The notes beneath the pieces were generated by a model. It was not told the origin of the DNA, searched no databases, and worked only from the letters and a program-made list of their open reading frames with translations. This document shows, in pieces, positions 1-8,292 of a DNA stretch of 42,456 nt; position 1 is the stretch's first letter, and each line of letters starts with the position of its first letter. A program made the position numbers and the translations under genes. The DNA lies in the NCBI GenBank assembly GCA_011170325.1, contig DUEX01000003.1, positions 16,661-59,116 on the forward strand, in the 5' to 3' direction. Source of the stretch: Dehalococcoidia bacterium. GTDB taxonomy: Bacteria; Chloroflexota; Dehalococcoidia; GIF9; UBA5629.

Positions 1-337
1 TACCTATTGGGTCGACTACGCGTCCTATGAGCTCATCACCTACAGGTACCTCAACTACTCTTCCAGTGCAGCGGACTTCATCTCCTTCTTTAATATGGCT
101 ACAGTCACCGAGAATAACAGCAGCGACATTATCCTCCTCTAAGTTGAGAGCTAACCCCATAATGCCATTGGGAAATTCCACTAGTTCATTGTACCTGGCA
201 CTGCGGAGTCCGTGAATTCGGGCAACGCCATCGCCTACCTCGACTACTGTTCCCACGTCTATCATGGTGACAGTGGCACCGAAATGTTCTATTTGCTCTT
301 TAATTACTGAAACTATATCTCGTTTCTCAGTTGTCAC
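1..337 (-). CDS. atpA: F0F1 ATP synthase subunit alpha, N-terminal part (runs off the window start)
   Basis: Manual minus-strand translation from GTG at 337: [19 protein letters not shown]...[18 protein letters not shown]...[17 protein letters not shown]; purine-rich SD upstream; follows atpH. Confidence 0.96.
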   Translation of the reverse strand, partial: MTTEKRDIVSVIKEQIEHFGATVTMIDVGTVVEVGDGVARIHGLRSARYNELVEFPNGIMGLALNLEEDNVAAVILGDCSHIKEGDEVRCTGRVVEVPVGDELIGRVVDPIG

Positions 338-361
338 GCTGCTCACCCCCTTTGTGAGTAG

Positions 362-901
362 TTATCTTCTGGTTTCAACCAGGCTTTTCTTCATTATCTC
401 TAATTTGTTATGAATGCTGCCATCAATAAGGCTATCGTTAATTCTAGCGACAACGCCACCTAGAATATTAGGGTCGACTTGAAGGCTAACGCTGACTTTC
501 TTTCCGACTATTGCTTCAAGATGGTGGCTGAGCCTTTCCTTATCCGCGTCATCAAGCGGAATGGCAGTAATTACTTCGGCATGTCTAATTCCGTAGTAAT
601 CGTCTAGTAAATGTTCATATTCATCAGCAATCTGGCCAGCGCTTTTTAGCCTACCTTTGGCGATGAGAAGGTAAGCAAGATTCAAAGCCAACGGATTTAT
701 TTTACCTAATCTTTCTTGCGCAAGCTTTGCTTTCAGTTCAAATGGTAATTTAGGATTTTCCACCAAGGCTGCAAATTCGAGGTCTTGCATTAACTCAGCA
801 ATTTCTCTCAGGTCAGGCCGCCATTCTTGTAGCTCATTCTTTTCTTGAGCTATCCTGAAAGCAGCCTGAGCATAACGCTTAGCAAAAGTTGTTGTTGGCA
901 T
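362..901 (-). CDS. atpH: ATP synthase subunit delta
   Basis: AKRYAQA N-terminus, VDPNILGGVVARINDSLIDGS C-terminal motif, operon position. Confidence 0.96.
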   Translation of the reverse strand: MPTTTFAKRYAQAAFRIAQEKNELQEWRPDLREIAELMQDLEFAALVENPKLPFELKAKLAQERLGKINPLALNLAYLLIAKGRLKSAGQIADEYEHLLDDYYGIRHAEVITAIPLDDADKERLSHHLEAIVGKKVSVSLQVDPNILGGVVARINDSLIDGSIHNKLEIMKKSLVETRR

Positions 902-915
902 TGACCGTTAACCTT

Positions 916-1416
916 CTAACTTTGCTTAAATGTGGTGTTCTCTTCTAGCACTTCACCAATAAGCTTGCGATGTTTTTCTCTGTCTAACGTTTCGTTAATC
1001 ACCTTTTCTGCAGCCAAAATGGCTATATCTACGAATTCTTGGCGTAGCTCCTCAATGGTTTTGTCCCGGTCTCGCTGTATTTCGGTGCGTGCCTTGGCCA
1101 TCAAGGACTCAGCTTCTTGGCGTGCTCCTTCCTTGGCTTCTTCTTTTAGCCTTTCTCCTATTTGAGTTGCCTGAGCTATTATGGCTTGCCCCTCTTTGCG
1201 GGCCGTTTCCAAATGGGCTTTAATTTGCTCCTCGCTGTGTGCCGCCTGTTCTTTGATCTGTTCGGCTTGTTCCATACTGTCTTTTATCTTAGCCTGCCTC
1301 TCATCGAGCATCTTAAGCACCGGTTTATATAGGAATATGCCCAGTAAAGTAAATAGAATGACGAAGTTTATGACAAATGCCAATAACAACGGTAGATTGA
1401 TTCCAATACCTTCCAT
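916..1416 (-). CDS. atpF: ATP synthase F0 subunit b
   Basis: N-terminal TM helix (INFVILF...LYKPVLKMLDER) followed by charged coiled coil. Confidence 0.96.
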   Translation of the reverse strand: MEGIGINLPLLLAFVINFVILFTLLGIFLYKPVLKMLDERQAKIKDSMEQAEQIKEQAAHSEEQIKAHLETARKEGQAIIAQATQIGERLKEEAKEGARQEAESLMAKARTEIQRDRDKTIEELRQEFVDIAILAAEKVINETLDREKHRKLIGEVLEENTTFKQS

Positions 1417-1448
1417 ATCACCTCGTTAGTTTTATTGTAGTGTTAACT

Positions 1449-1580
1449 TCAGGCTGCTGTCGATAATATAAATAGACCAATAATAAAGGCGGTGACAATA
1501 AGCCCGGCGAATACAATACCGCCAATTATAATTGCCCCGACAATGAAGCTTAGTGAAGTTGGTAGGTTACCATTTTCCAT
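1449..1580 (-). CDS. Small hydrophobic membrane protein (43 aa) inside the atp operon
   Basis: Manual translation MENGNLPTSLSFIVGAIIIGGIVFAGLIVTAFIIGLFILSTAA*; AGGAAGGA upstream of the ATG; fills the atpE-atpF gap on the same strand. Confidence 0.75.
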   Translation of the reverse strand: MENGNLPTSLSFIVGAIIIGGIVFAGLIVTAFIIGLFILSTAA

Positions 1581-1605
1581 CGATCATTCCTTCCTATAAT
1601 GCTAT

Positions 1606-1836
<231 letters not shown>

Positions 1837-1850
1837 TTACCTTCCTCCTT

Positions 1851-2813
1851 TCAAGTCGTTTGTTCTTCTTCAGCATGAGGAGCTAAAGCGATAATGCCAA
1901 ATACTAGTGTTAATCCAGCAAAGATGAGAGCCTGGATAAAACCGATGAGCAGTTCTAACCCGTAGAAGGGGATGGTGGCTATTAGTGGAACTAAGAAGCA
2001 GACAACCAGTAGCAGTATTTCACCAGCAGTCATGTTGCCAAAGAGACGGAAAGTGAAGCTAACAATTCGTATAAGGTGGCTGAATACCTCTAGCGTGCCT
2101 ACAAACAGGTTGATGAATCCGAGCATGAGCCCGCTGATAGCAGGGCGAATCTTTCCTTTAGCCAAGCTTGTGATGCCATCACGCAATTGACCAAAGTTAA
2201 AAAAGGTATTGAGGTAACGGAGAAAGCCTAATGAGCGTAGCCCCCAATATTCAACGAAGATGAAGGACATTAAGGCAATAGAGAGTGGTAGATTGATATC
2301 AGTATTTGCTGCTCGGAATAGCGGTACAAAAGTACCATCATTCTCGGCAATGCCTATGGTGCCATAAAAAGGCAAAAGAGCTAGGTAAGCATTGATTAAA
2401 ACATAAAGAAAGATAGTGGCCACTACTGGGAAAAGGGTGCGAGCCTGTTTCTTGCCGGCTGCACCTTCAACAAAGTTTAGCAGCATCTCTACGACCATCT
2501 CAGCTAAACCTTGGAGACGTCCTGGGATAAGCTTCATCTTGCGAGTACAGGCGTAAAACAAGGTGACTAATACAATTATAGTAAGCCAGGAAGCAATAAG
2601 GGTATTGGTGATGGTAAAGCCAGCAATATGGAATATACCTTCGGGAGGGAGTTCGACGTGAGGTTTGGGAAGCTGAAGGATGCTAGGCGCTTCAATGTTT
2701 AGCAGAGCTGAGCCCAATGGTCCGCTGATTAAGCCGATAACGAGGAGAGTGAGAAGGAAAATAGAAGATAAGATTAGAATTTTGGTGGAGCAACCACAGC
2801 CCATTCTTTGCAT
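1851..2813 (-). CDS. atpB: ATP synthase F0 subunit a
   Basis: SFTFRLFGNMTAGE and IQALIF motifs; multiple TM helices; start may be a few codons downstream. Confidence 0.96.
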   Translation of the reverse strand: MQRMGCGCSTKILILSSIFLLTLLVIGLISGPLGSALLNIEAPSILQLPKPHVELPPEGIFHIAGFTITNTLIASWLTIIVLVTLFYACTRKMKLIPGRLQGLAEMVVEMLLNFVEGAAGKKQARTLFPVVATIFLYVLINAYLALLPFYGTIGIAENDGTFVPLFRAANTDINLPLSIALMSFIFVEYWGLRSLGFLRYLNTFFNFGQLRDGITSLAKGKIRPAISGLMLGFINLFVGTLEVFSHLIRIVSFTFRLFGNMTAGEILLLVVCFLVPLIATIPFYGLELLIGFIQALIFAGLTLVFGIIALAPHAEEEQTT

Positions 2814-2818
2814 GGAGT

Positions 2819-3115
2819 TTATTTTTTATCCTTTTGTGTCTCTTTTTGCTCAGTGTAGAATCGGTGAAGCATACGATAAAGACCATAAAAGGCAGCCACT
2901 GTTCCCACGCCGAATCCAACAAGGGTAAATAGGGGGTGGCTATCAAATTTATCTGGGCGGTCAAGCCAATAGCCAATCCCAGTTGGTATTACTATGCTTA
3001 AAGCTACATACCAACCAACATTAAAGAGAAACCAGAGAGGCTTTACCCATTCTCTTGATGTTGGTTTTTTGGTCTTAATCTGTTGTACCGTGTCGTGTGT
3101 TTTCTTTTGACTCAA
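2819..3115 (-). CDS. AtpZ/AtpI-family (ATP synthase gene 1) membrane protein
   Basis: Two TM helices with GIGYWLD...P.FTLVG pattern directly upstream of atpB; start uncertain (TTG at 3115 chosen because the ORF-track start overlaps the upstream gene). Confidence 0.75.
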   Translation of the reverse strand: MSQKKTHDTVQQIKTKKPTSREWVKPLWFLFNVGWYVALSIVIPTGIGYWLDRPDKFDSHPLFTLVGFGVGTVAAFYGLYRMLHRFYTEQKETQKDKK

Positions 3116-3215
3116 GGTTGTGTACCAATTCGGTAATCCGTCTTCTTTAAGAATTACGGCTTTCGGAGCGAGACCATTTTTAAAACCGATAAACAGGTAC
3201 TTTCTGTCTTCCCAC

Positions 3216-3542
3216 TCACTTCTGACTGAAAAGCTTAGCGAAATCTCCATCGAAGTCATTAAGGAAACCATGCAAATCTAGTATGTCGTCAGCGCTGATT
3301 ATGCTGGCTTGAGCAAATTTAACTAACTCTGCTTTGGTAAGGTCAGTGACGATCTCTGGTGGTTTACCTTCCTTGATAACAGCAGCAACTAAAGCTTGGC
3401 TGTGGCAAGCTGGGCAGGAGACATTTAGAAACCACATATCATCGCGGTGCCCCAGAACCTTAATGTTATTTATATCGTAATGTTCTCCGCAAACGCCGCA
3501 CTTCATTGTGGACATTAACTTCTTGATAAAACGCTCATTCAT
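3216..3542 (-). CDS. Hypothetical zinc-ribbon protein
   Basis: CGVC...CPAC pair and acidic C-terminal domain; tightly packed behind the DUF151 gene. Confidence 0.75.
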   Translation of the reverse strand: MNERFIKKLMSTMKCGVCGEHYDINNIKVLGHRDDMWFLNVSCPACHSQALVAAVIKEGKPPEIVTDLTKAELVKFAQASIISADDILDLHGFLNDFDGDFAKLFSQK

Positions 3543-3559
3543 AGTATTAGCATGCTTAT

Positions 3560-4111
3560 TTAAGATTTGTGCTTACCAAGGTCATCCAAGTCAAGGGTAT
3601 TAATAAAATCATAGAAAGCTGACAGTTTTTTCAATTCTTGTTCATCAACCTTGCCCTTGGCTCCTGGTTTATCAGCATCTTTATCTTGAGGGACAGGTTT
3701 TCCTGTTTCTCGGTCAAGTATAATGCCAGCTTTATCCAAAACTGATTCCTCAACATATATTGGTGCTGTTACTCTTACTGCTAAGGCAATCGCATCACTG
3801 GGACGGGAGTCAATCTCTACTTGCTTGCTATCAACATTAAGGATGATTTTAGCGTAGAAGGTATCATTGTGAAGCTCGTTGACTACAATACGATTAACTG
3901 AAGCCCCCAAAGTGATAATTACAGAATCTAGCAAGTCATGAGTCAAAGGGCGGGCTATAGCCACATTTTGCAGCTTTACTGATATAGCATCTGCCTCTGC
4001 TGGACCGATCCAGATAGGTAAGTAACGGTCTGACTCTTTCTCTTTTAAGATCACCACATGCTGATAATTCATCAGGCTTACTCGAATGCTGTCAATCGTC
4101 ATCTCTATCAT
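3560..4111 (-). CDS. Bifunctional nuclease (DUF151) family protein
   Basis: LPIWIGPAEA, RPLTHDL and DSRPSDAIALA motifs. Confidence 0.93.
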   Translation of the reverse strand: MIEMTIDSIRVSLMNYQHVVILKEKESDRYLPIWIGPAEADAISVKLQNVAIARPLTHDLLDSVIITLGASVNRIVVNELHNDTFYAKIILNVDSKQVEIDSRPSDAIALAVRVTAPIYVEESVLDKAGIILDRETGKPVPQDKDADKPGAKGKVDEQELKKLSAFYDFINTLDLDDLGKHKS

Positions 4112-4144
4112 GATTGTCCCTCCCCATTTGTTGCCACAAAAATC

Positions 4145-4173
4145 ATTGTACTCTATCAGATTTTAGCTGTCAA
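4145..4173 (-). promoter_or_regulatory. Sigma70-type promoter for the DUF151/Zn-ribbon (possibly atp) transcript
   Basis: Minus strand TTGACA-17 nt-TACAAT. Confidence 0.75.
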
Positions 4174-4246
4174 TTTGTTTTAATGAGGCTCTTTTCATAA
4201 AATATCGGGAGGGCTTGCTTAAGCACGGTGAAAGATTGGAGATGTT

Positions 4247-4699
4247 TTGAAAGCGTTATTGCAGCGGGTCACTGAAGCTTCGGTAAGCGTAGGTAACGAG
4301 GTAGTTGGGAGAATTGGCCAGGGGCTGGTTGTCTTTGTTGGCATAGCTCAGGAAGATACGGAGAGGGATGCTAATTATTTAGCTGATAAAATAGTTAATC
4401 TTCGTATCTTTGCTGATGAAGCCAGTAAATTTAATCTTTCAGCGCTAGAAACCGGGGGCGAGATTCTAATTGTCAGCCAGTTTACTCTTCTAGCTGATGC
4501 ACGGAAGGGGCGACGGCCTAGTTTTGCTGAGGCAGCATCACCGGAGCAGGCTGAAGTTTTGTTCACCCTTTTTGTTGACCGCGTGCGTGATACTGGGCTC
4601 AAGGTGGAGACGGGACGCTTTCAACAGCATATGTCGGTGGAAATCCACAATGATGGGCCGGTTACTATAGCATTGGATAGTAAGGAAAAGCTTGCTTGA
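4247..4699 (+). CDS. dtd: D-aminoacyl-tRNA deacylase
   Basis: QRV..ASV, SQFTL, GRRPSF and NDGPVT motifs. Confidence 0.96.
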   Translation: MKALLQRVTEASVSVGNEVVGRIGQGLVVFVGIAQEDTERDANYLADKIVNLRIFADEASKFNLSALETGGEILIVSQFTLLADARKGRRPSFAEAASPEQAEVLFTLFVDRVRDTGLKVETGRFQQHMSVEIHNDGPVTIALDSKEKLA

Positions 4700-4710
4700 T
4701 TTTCAATCAA

Positions 4711-4732
4711 TTGCGTTCGCAACCTATTGCAA
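4711..4732. promoter_or_regulatory. Candidate Fur-family operator overlapping the -35 (TTGCAA) of the regulator's own promoter
   Basis: TTGCGT-TCGCAA-CCTA-TTGCAA; a similar hexamer arrangement lies at 5243-5264; TATATT -10 at 4751-4756. Confidence 0.5.
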
Positions 4733-4765
4733 CTTTTACCTAATTTGTGTTATATTTTGTTTGGA

Positions 4766-5176
4766 ATGAGTTGTGGTCAGGCACTTCAGGAAAAGGGGTA
4801 TCGGTTAACACCACAGCGGATGATGGTGGTTGAGGCTCTGCATGGTGCTGATAAGCATGTTAGCGCTGAGGAGATTTATGCTCAGGTTCGGGCTAAGTAT
4901 CCTTATGCTAATATTTCCACGATTTATCGAACGCTGGAATTATTAAAGGATCTTGGTCTAGTTAGCGAGATTGCTTTAGGAGATGGGCGTGTCCGTTATC
5001 ATCCGGCAGAAAAGGGGCATCACCATCATCTTGTGTGTCAGAAGTGCGGCAAGATAACTGATTTGCCTGAGTCTATGTTGTCTCCTTTAGAAGAAAGGTT
5101 ACTTCATGATTACCAGTTCAAGGCTGATTTGAGACATCTGGCTATTTTTGGTCTATGTGCTGAGTGTCACAAGTAG
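4766..5176 (+). CDS. Fur-family metalloregulator (probably nickel-related by context)
   Basis: GYRLTPQR, STIYRTL, HHHHLVCxxC and C-terminal CxxC; ATG at 4766 preferred over the TTG at 4727. Confidence 0.92.
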   Translation: MSCGQALQEKGYRLTPQRMMVVEALHGADKHVSAEEIYAQVRAKYPYANISTIYRTLELLKDLGLVSEIALGDGRVRYHPAEKGHHHHLVCQKCGKITDLPESMLSPLEERLLHDYQFKADLRHLAIFGLCAECHK

Positions 5177-5242
5177 GTTAGAGGAGCTATGCATGATGGT
5201 TTAGTAAAGAAATATTCTAGCAGCTTTTATTTTTAGTCAGTA

Positions 5243-5264
5243 ATGCAGTTAGTTGCAGTTGCGC
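5243..5264. promoter_or_regulatory. Candidate Fur-family operator upstream of nikM
   Basis: ATGCAG-TTAG-TTGCAG-TTGCGC, same architecture as the reverse complement of 4711-4732. Confidence 0.5.
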
Positions 5265-5299
5265 TTTGTTGATGAAAATTTGGTTTAAAGGAGGGTTTG

Positions 5300-5938
5300 A
5301 TGCATATTCCTGATGGTTTTGTTAGTACACCGGTAGCAGCGGTTGGTTGTGTTGTCGCTGCTGGTTGTATAGCCTATGCTGTCAAGGCAACGAATAAAAA
5401 GATGGGGGAGAGACAAATCCCGCTAATGGGAGTATTGGCTGCCTTTATTTTTGCTGCTCAGATGCTTAATTTCCCTATAGCTGGCGGCACATCGGGGCAT
5501 CTTATTGGGGCTACTTTGGCTGCTATCTTGCTAGGCCCCTGGGCGGGAGTGCTGATAATGACCTGTGTGCTGGGCGTGCAGTGCCTAGTTTTTCAGGATG
5601 GAGGGCTTTTCGCCTTAGGGGCTAATATCTTTAATATGGGTATTGTCGCTAGCTTTATCGGTTATTATGTTTATCGAGGTGGTGCTTCGCTTTTCGGTGG
5701 CCGGAGGCCAGGAAAACTGGTCGGCGGGGGTTTAGCTGCTTGGTCCTCAGTGTTGATAGCGTCTATTGCCTGTGCCTTTGAGCTAGGAGTCTCAGGCACT
5801 GTGCCACTGGGCGTCGCTTTGCCAGCGATGGTAGGTGTTCATGCCCTAATTGGTATCGGTGAGGGTTTGATAACTGCAGCAGTGCTCGGCTTAGTGCTGG
5901 CTACTAGAGCTGACCTGCTGGAATTGCAAAAGGCTTAA
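5300..5938 (+). CDS. nikM: ECF Ni/Co transporter substrate component (NikM/CbiM)
   Basis: N-terminal MHIPDG metal-binding motif, GTSGH and DGG motifs; MHIPDG without a signal peptide is typical of NikM. Confidence 0.9.
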   Translation: MHIPDGFVSTPVAAVGCVVAAGCIAYAVKATNKKMGERQIPLMGVLAAFIFAAQMLNFPIAGGTSGHLIGATLAAILLGPWAGVLIMTCVLGVQCLVFQDGGLFALGANIFNMGIVASFIGYYVYRGGASLFGGRRPGKLVGGGLAAWSSVLIASIACAFELGVSGTVPLGVALPAMVGVHALIGIGEGLITAAVLGLVLATRADLLELQKA

Positions 5939-5949
5939 AGGAGGTCAGA

Positions 5950-6240
5950 TTGGAAATGAAGTTTAAATGGTGGCATGGCGCTTTGACCTTAGCCTTATTT
6001 TTGGCTATATTATCTCCTTTGGCATCCTCATCTCCCGATGGCCTGGAGAGGGTGGCTGAGGATAAAGGGTTTATTGAGACAGCCCTTGATGCTCCCTATG
6101 AAATTATTCCCGACTATGTGATGCCAGGGGTAGTGAGTGAGGCTGTGGCAACAATTCTGGCGGGGATAGTAGGTGCTCTTATACTTTTTGGTATTGGTTA
6201 TGGATTAGCGCGGCTATTGAAGGCAAAAGGTGAAGCATAG
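5950..6240 (+). CDS. nikN: ECF transporter PDGLE-domain component (NikN-like)
   Basis: ASSSPDGLERVAE motif between two TM helices. Confidence 0.88.
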   Translation: MEMKFKWWHGALTLALFLAILSPLASSSPDGLERVAEDKGFIETALDAPYEIIPDYVMPGVVSEAVATILAGIVGALILFGIGYGLARLLKAKGEA

Positions 6241-7000
6241 CTTTATTGACCAATATAGTGGCTTAGACAGCCTTATCCATAGGCTTGACCCGCGAACCAA
6301 GTTTATTACTAGCCTGGCTTTCATCGTGGCTGTGGTGCTGACGCCGGCCAGCAATTGGCGAGTTTTTGCCTTTTACTTCTGTCTTATTGCTGTCTTACTC
6401 GTCATTTCCAAGTTGCCACCTCTTTATGTTTTGAAGAGGTCTTTAGTAATTTTTCCCTTTGTTTTGATGATTGCCATTTTCATTCCCTTTTTCAAGCAGG
6501 GTGAGGTAGCTGGTAGCTATAACATCTGGTTATGGCAGGTCTCGGTAACTTACAGTGGCTTGCTCATTCTGGCAAACGTAGTGGTGAAAGCCTGGCTTTG
6601 TATTTTAAGTCTGATTTTGCTGTCATCGGCAACGAAGCTTGCTGACCTGTTAAAAGGCTTGAAGCAATTGGGTGTACCACGGGTGATAATATTGATTCTT
6701 TCTTTTATGTACCGCTATGTTTTTGTTCTGGTAGACGAGGTGATGCGAATGCGGCAGGCACGGGATAGCCGCAACTTTGGTGGTAATCGGTTATATCAGT
6801 TAAGAACCATCGGCAATATGGTTGGCACTTTGTTTATTCGGAGTTATGAGCGGGGTGAAAGGGTTTATGTTGCCATGTTATCGCGGGGTTTTGATGGTGA
6901 GGTTCGCACATTGCACAAATTGAGTTTTAGACAAGTTGACGCCTATTTCAGCACAACTTTTTGTCTTATACTCATTTTACCTGGTATTGTTTGGTGGTAG
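6230..7000 (+). CDS. nikQ: ECF transporter T component (NikQ/CbiQ)
   Basis: LDPRTK, MYRY, ARDSR and AMLSRGF motifs. Confidence 0.92.
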   Translation: MKHSFIDQYSGLDSLIHRLDPRTKFITSLAFIVAVVLTPASNWRVFAFYFCLIAVLLVISKLPPLYVLKRSLVIFPFVLMIAIFIPFFKQGEVAGSYNIWLWQVSVTYSGLLILANVVVKAWLCILSLILLSSATKLADLLKGLKQLGVPRVIILILSFMYRYVFVLVDEVMRMRQARDSRNFGGNRLYQLRTIGNMVGTLFIRSYERGERVYVAMLSRGFDGEVRTLHKLSFRQVDAYFSTTFCLILILPGIVWW

Positions 7001-7011
7001 CTCAAGAGATT

Positions 7012-7728
7012 ATGGATAAAGCTGTAGATATTGAAGGTCTTTCCTTTACCTATCCAGATGGACATCAGGGACTCAAGAATATCGATTTGGTTGTCTATCG
7101 TGGTGAGGCGGTAGCGGTGATTGGTCCCAATGGTGCTGGTAAGTCAACGCTTTTACTTCATCTTAATGGAATCCTCCGTGGTAATAGTGTAGTGAAAGTT
7201 TTCGGGTTGCCTGTTGAAGAAAAAAACTTGAAGGAAATAAGAAGAAAAGTCGGTCTGATATTTCAGGATCCAGAAGACCAGCTTTTCTCCCTGACTGTAT
7301 TTGATGATGTTGCCTTTGGTCCTATAAATATGGGCTATTCTGAGCCAGAAGTGAAGCAGCGTGTGACTCAAGCTCTGGAGTGGGTGGGGATGAATGGCTA
7401 TGAGCAGCGCTCGCCCCACCATCTCAGTATTGGTGAGAAGAAACGGATTGCCATCGCTACTGTCCTGTCCCTAAATCCGGAGCTTTTGGTTCTTGATGAA
7501 CCTACCAGTAATCTTGACCCGAGGAGCAAGTGGTCTTTATTCGAACTGTTAAGGCAACTTCCGGTGACTAAAATCGTTGCTGCTCATGACTTGGAGTTGG
7601 TAAGGGCTCTATGCCAGCGAACTGTGGTGATGGATGAAGGAAAGATAGTGGCTGGCGGTAGCACTGAAAGCATTTTGAGTGATGTTCCCTTACTCAGGGC
7701 TCACGGTCTGGCACCATGCCTAGATTGA
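7012..7728 (+). CDS. nikO: ECF transporter ATPase (NikO/CbiO)
   Basis: Walker [29 protein letters not shown]; ATG at 7012 preferred. Confidence 0.92.
   Translation: MDKAVDIEGLSFTYPDGHQGLKNIDLVVYRGEAVAVIGPNGAGKSTLLLHLNGILRGNSVVKVFGLPVEEKNLKEIRRKVGLIFQDPEDQLFSLTVFDDVAFGPINMGYSEPEVKQRVTQALEWVGMNGYEQRSPHHLSIGEKKRIAIATVLSLNPELLVLDEPTSNLDPRSKWSLFELLRQLPVTKIVAAHDLELVRALCQRTVVMDEGKIVAGGSTESILSDVPLLRAHGLAPCLD
7659..7705 (+). repeat. Copy 1 of a ~45-bp repeat (3' end of nikO)
   Basis: TAGCACTGAAAGCATTTTGAGTGATGT matches the sequence starting at 8119 at 26/27 nt, with similarity continuing ~20 nt. Confidence 0.85.
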
Positions 7729-7809
7729 GCTTCGTTGGGTTCCTTCACTTTGTTTGGGCCAGGTCTCGCAAAGGTGGTTCTTGTCATCGCAAGCGAAGCG
7801 GAGCAATCT
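7722..7809. repeat. Degenerate REP-like palindromic element
   Basis: AGATTG/CAATCT and GCTTCG/CGAAGC arms; right arm GTCATCGCAAGCGAAGCGGAGCAATCT resembles an intergenic palindromic repeat type recalled from other bacteria. Confidence 0.5.
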
Positions 7810-7888
7810 GATTGAAAATCTGGAGTTTATGTGGTTAACTGTAGAATCCTTGGATTGAGGTTGAAAGTCATGTGAGGGAGTATATGCG

Positions 7889-8098
7889 ATGGACGAAGCT
7901 GAGAAGGAGAAACTTAGAATATTATTAGGCTATTGGATTGAACATAATAGAGAGCACGGTGAGGAATTCAAGGAGTGGGCGGAGAAATCCAGGGACCTTG
8001 GGGAGGCTATGGTTTGCGAAGATTTGTTGGATGCAGTTCAACATATGGACAAAGCTAATGAATTCCTGCTGAGAGCCTTGAGGAGACTAAGAGGATAG
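7889..8098 (+). CDS. Small helical protein with WIEHNxEH motif; possible metal-binding accessory protein
   Basis: GAGGGAG SD, 69-aa amphipathic helical sequence, directly downstream of nikMNQO. Confidence 0.8.
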   Translation: MDEAEKEKLRILLGYWIEHNREHGEEFKEWAEKSRDLGEAMVCEDLLDAVQHMDKANEFLLRALRRLRG

Positions 8099-8118
8099 AA
8101 ACTTTAAAGTCGTTGTGA

Positions 8119-8280
8119 TAGCACCGAAAGCATTTTGAGTGATGTCCTTTGCTTGGGGCCCATGCCGACGTATGGATAGCCCCGGAGGTTTCACCATTTC
8201 TGATCCTTGGTGCTATTGTTTCGGGAAGCATTGGGACACTGATAGCACATGGGGCTACCCAAATAATAAAAGCAGACTAG
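8119..8280 (+). pseudogene. Remnant of a second nikO 3' end, followed by a possible permease fragment
   Basis: Reads STESILSD-(1-nt deletion)-PLLGAH versus [15 protein letters not shown] in nikO, then WIAPEVSPFLILGAIVSGSI; no convincing start or SD. Confidence 0.6.
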
Positions 8281-8292
8281 TCTAGTTAGAAT

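Noticed and set aside
5177-5299. Cobalamin riboswitch before the ECF transporter
   Set aside because: Region is short and AT-rich with no B12-box
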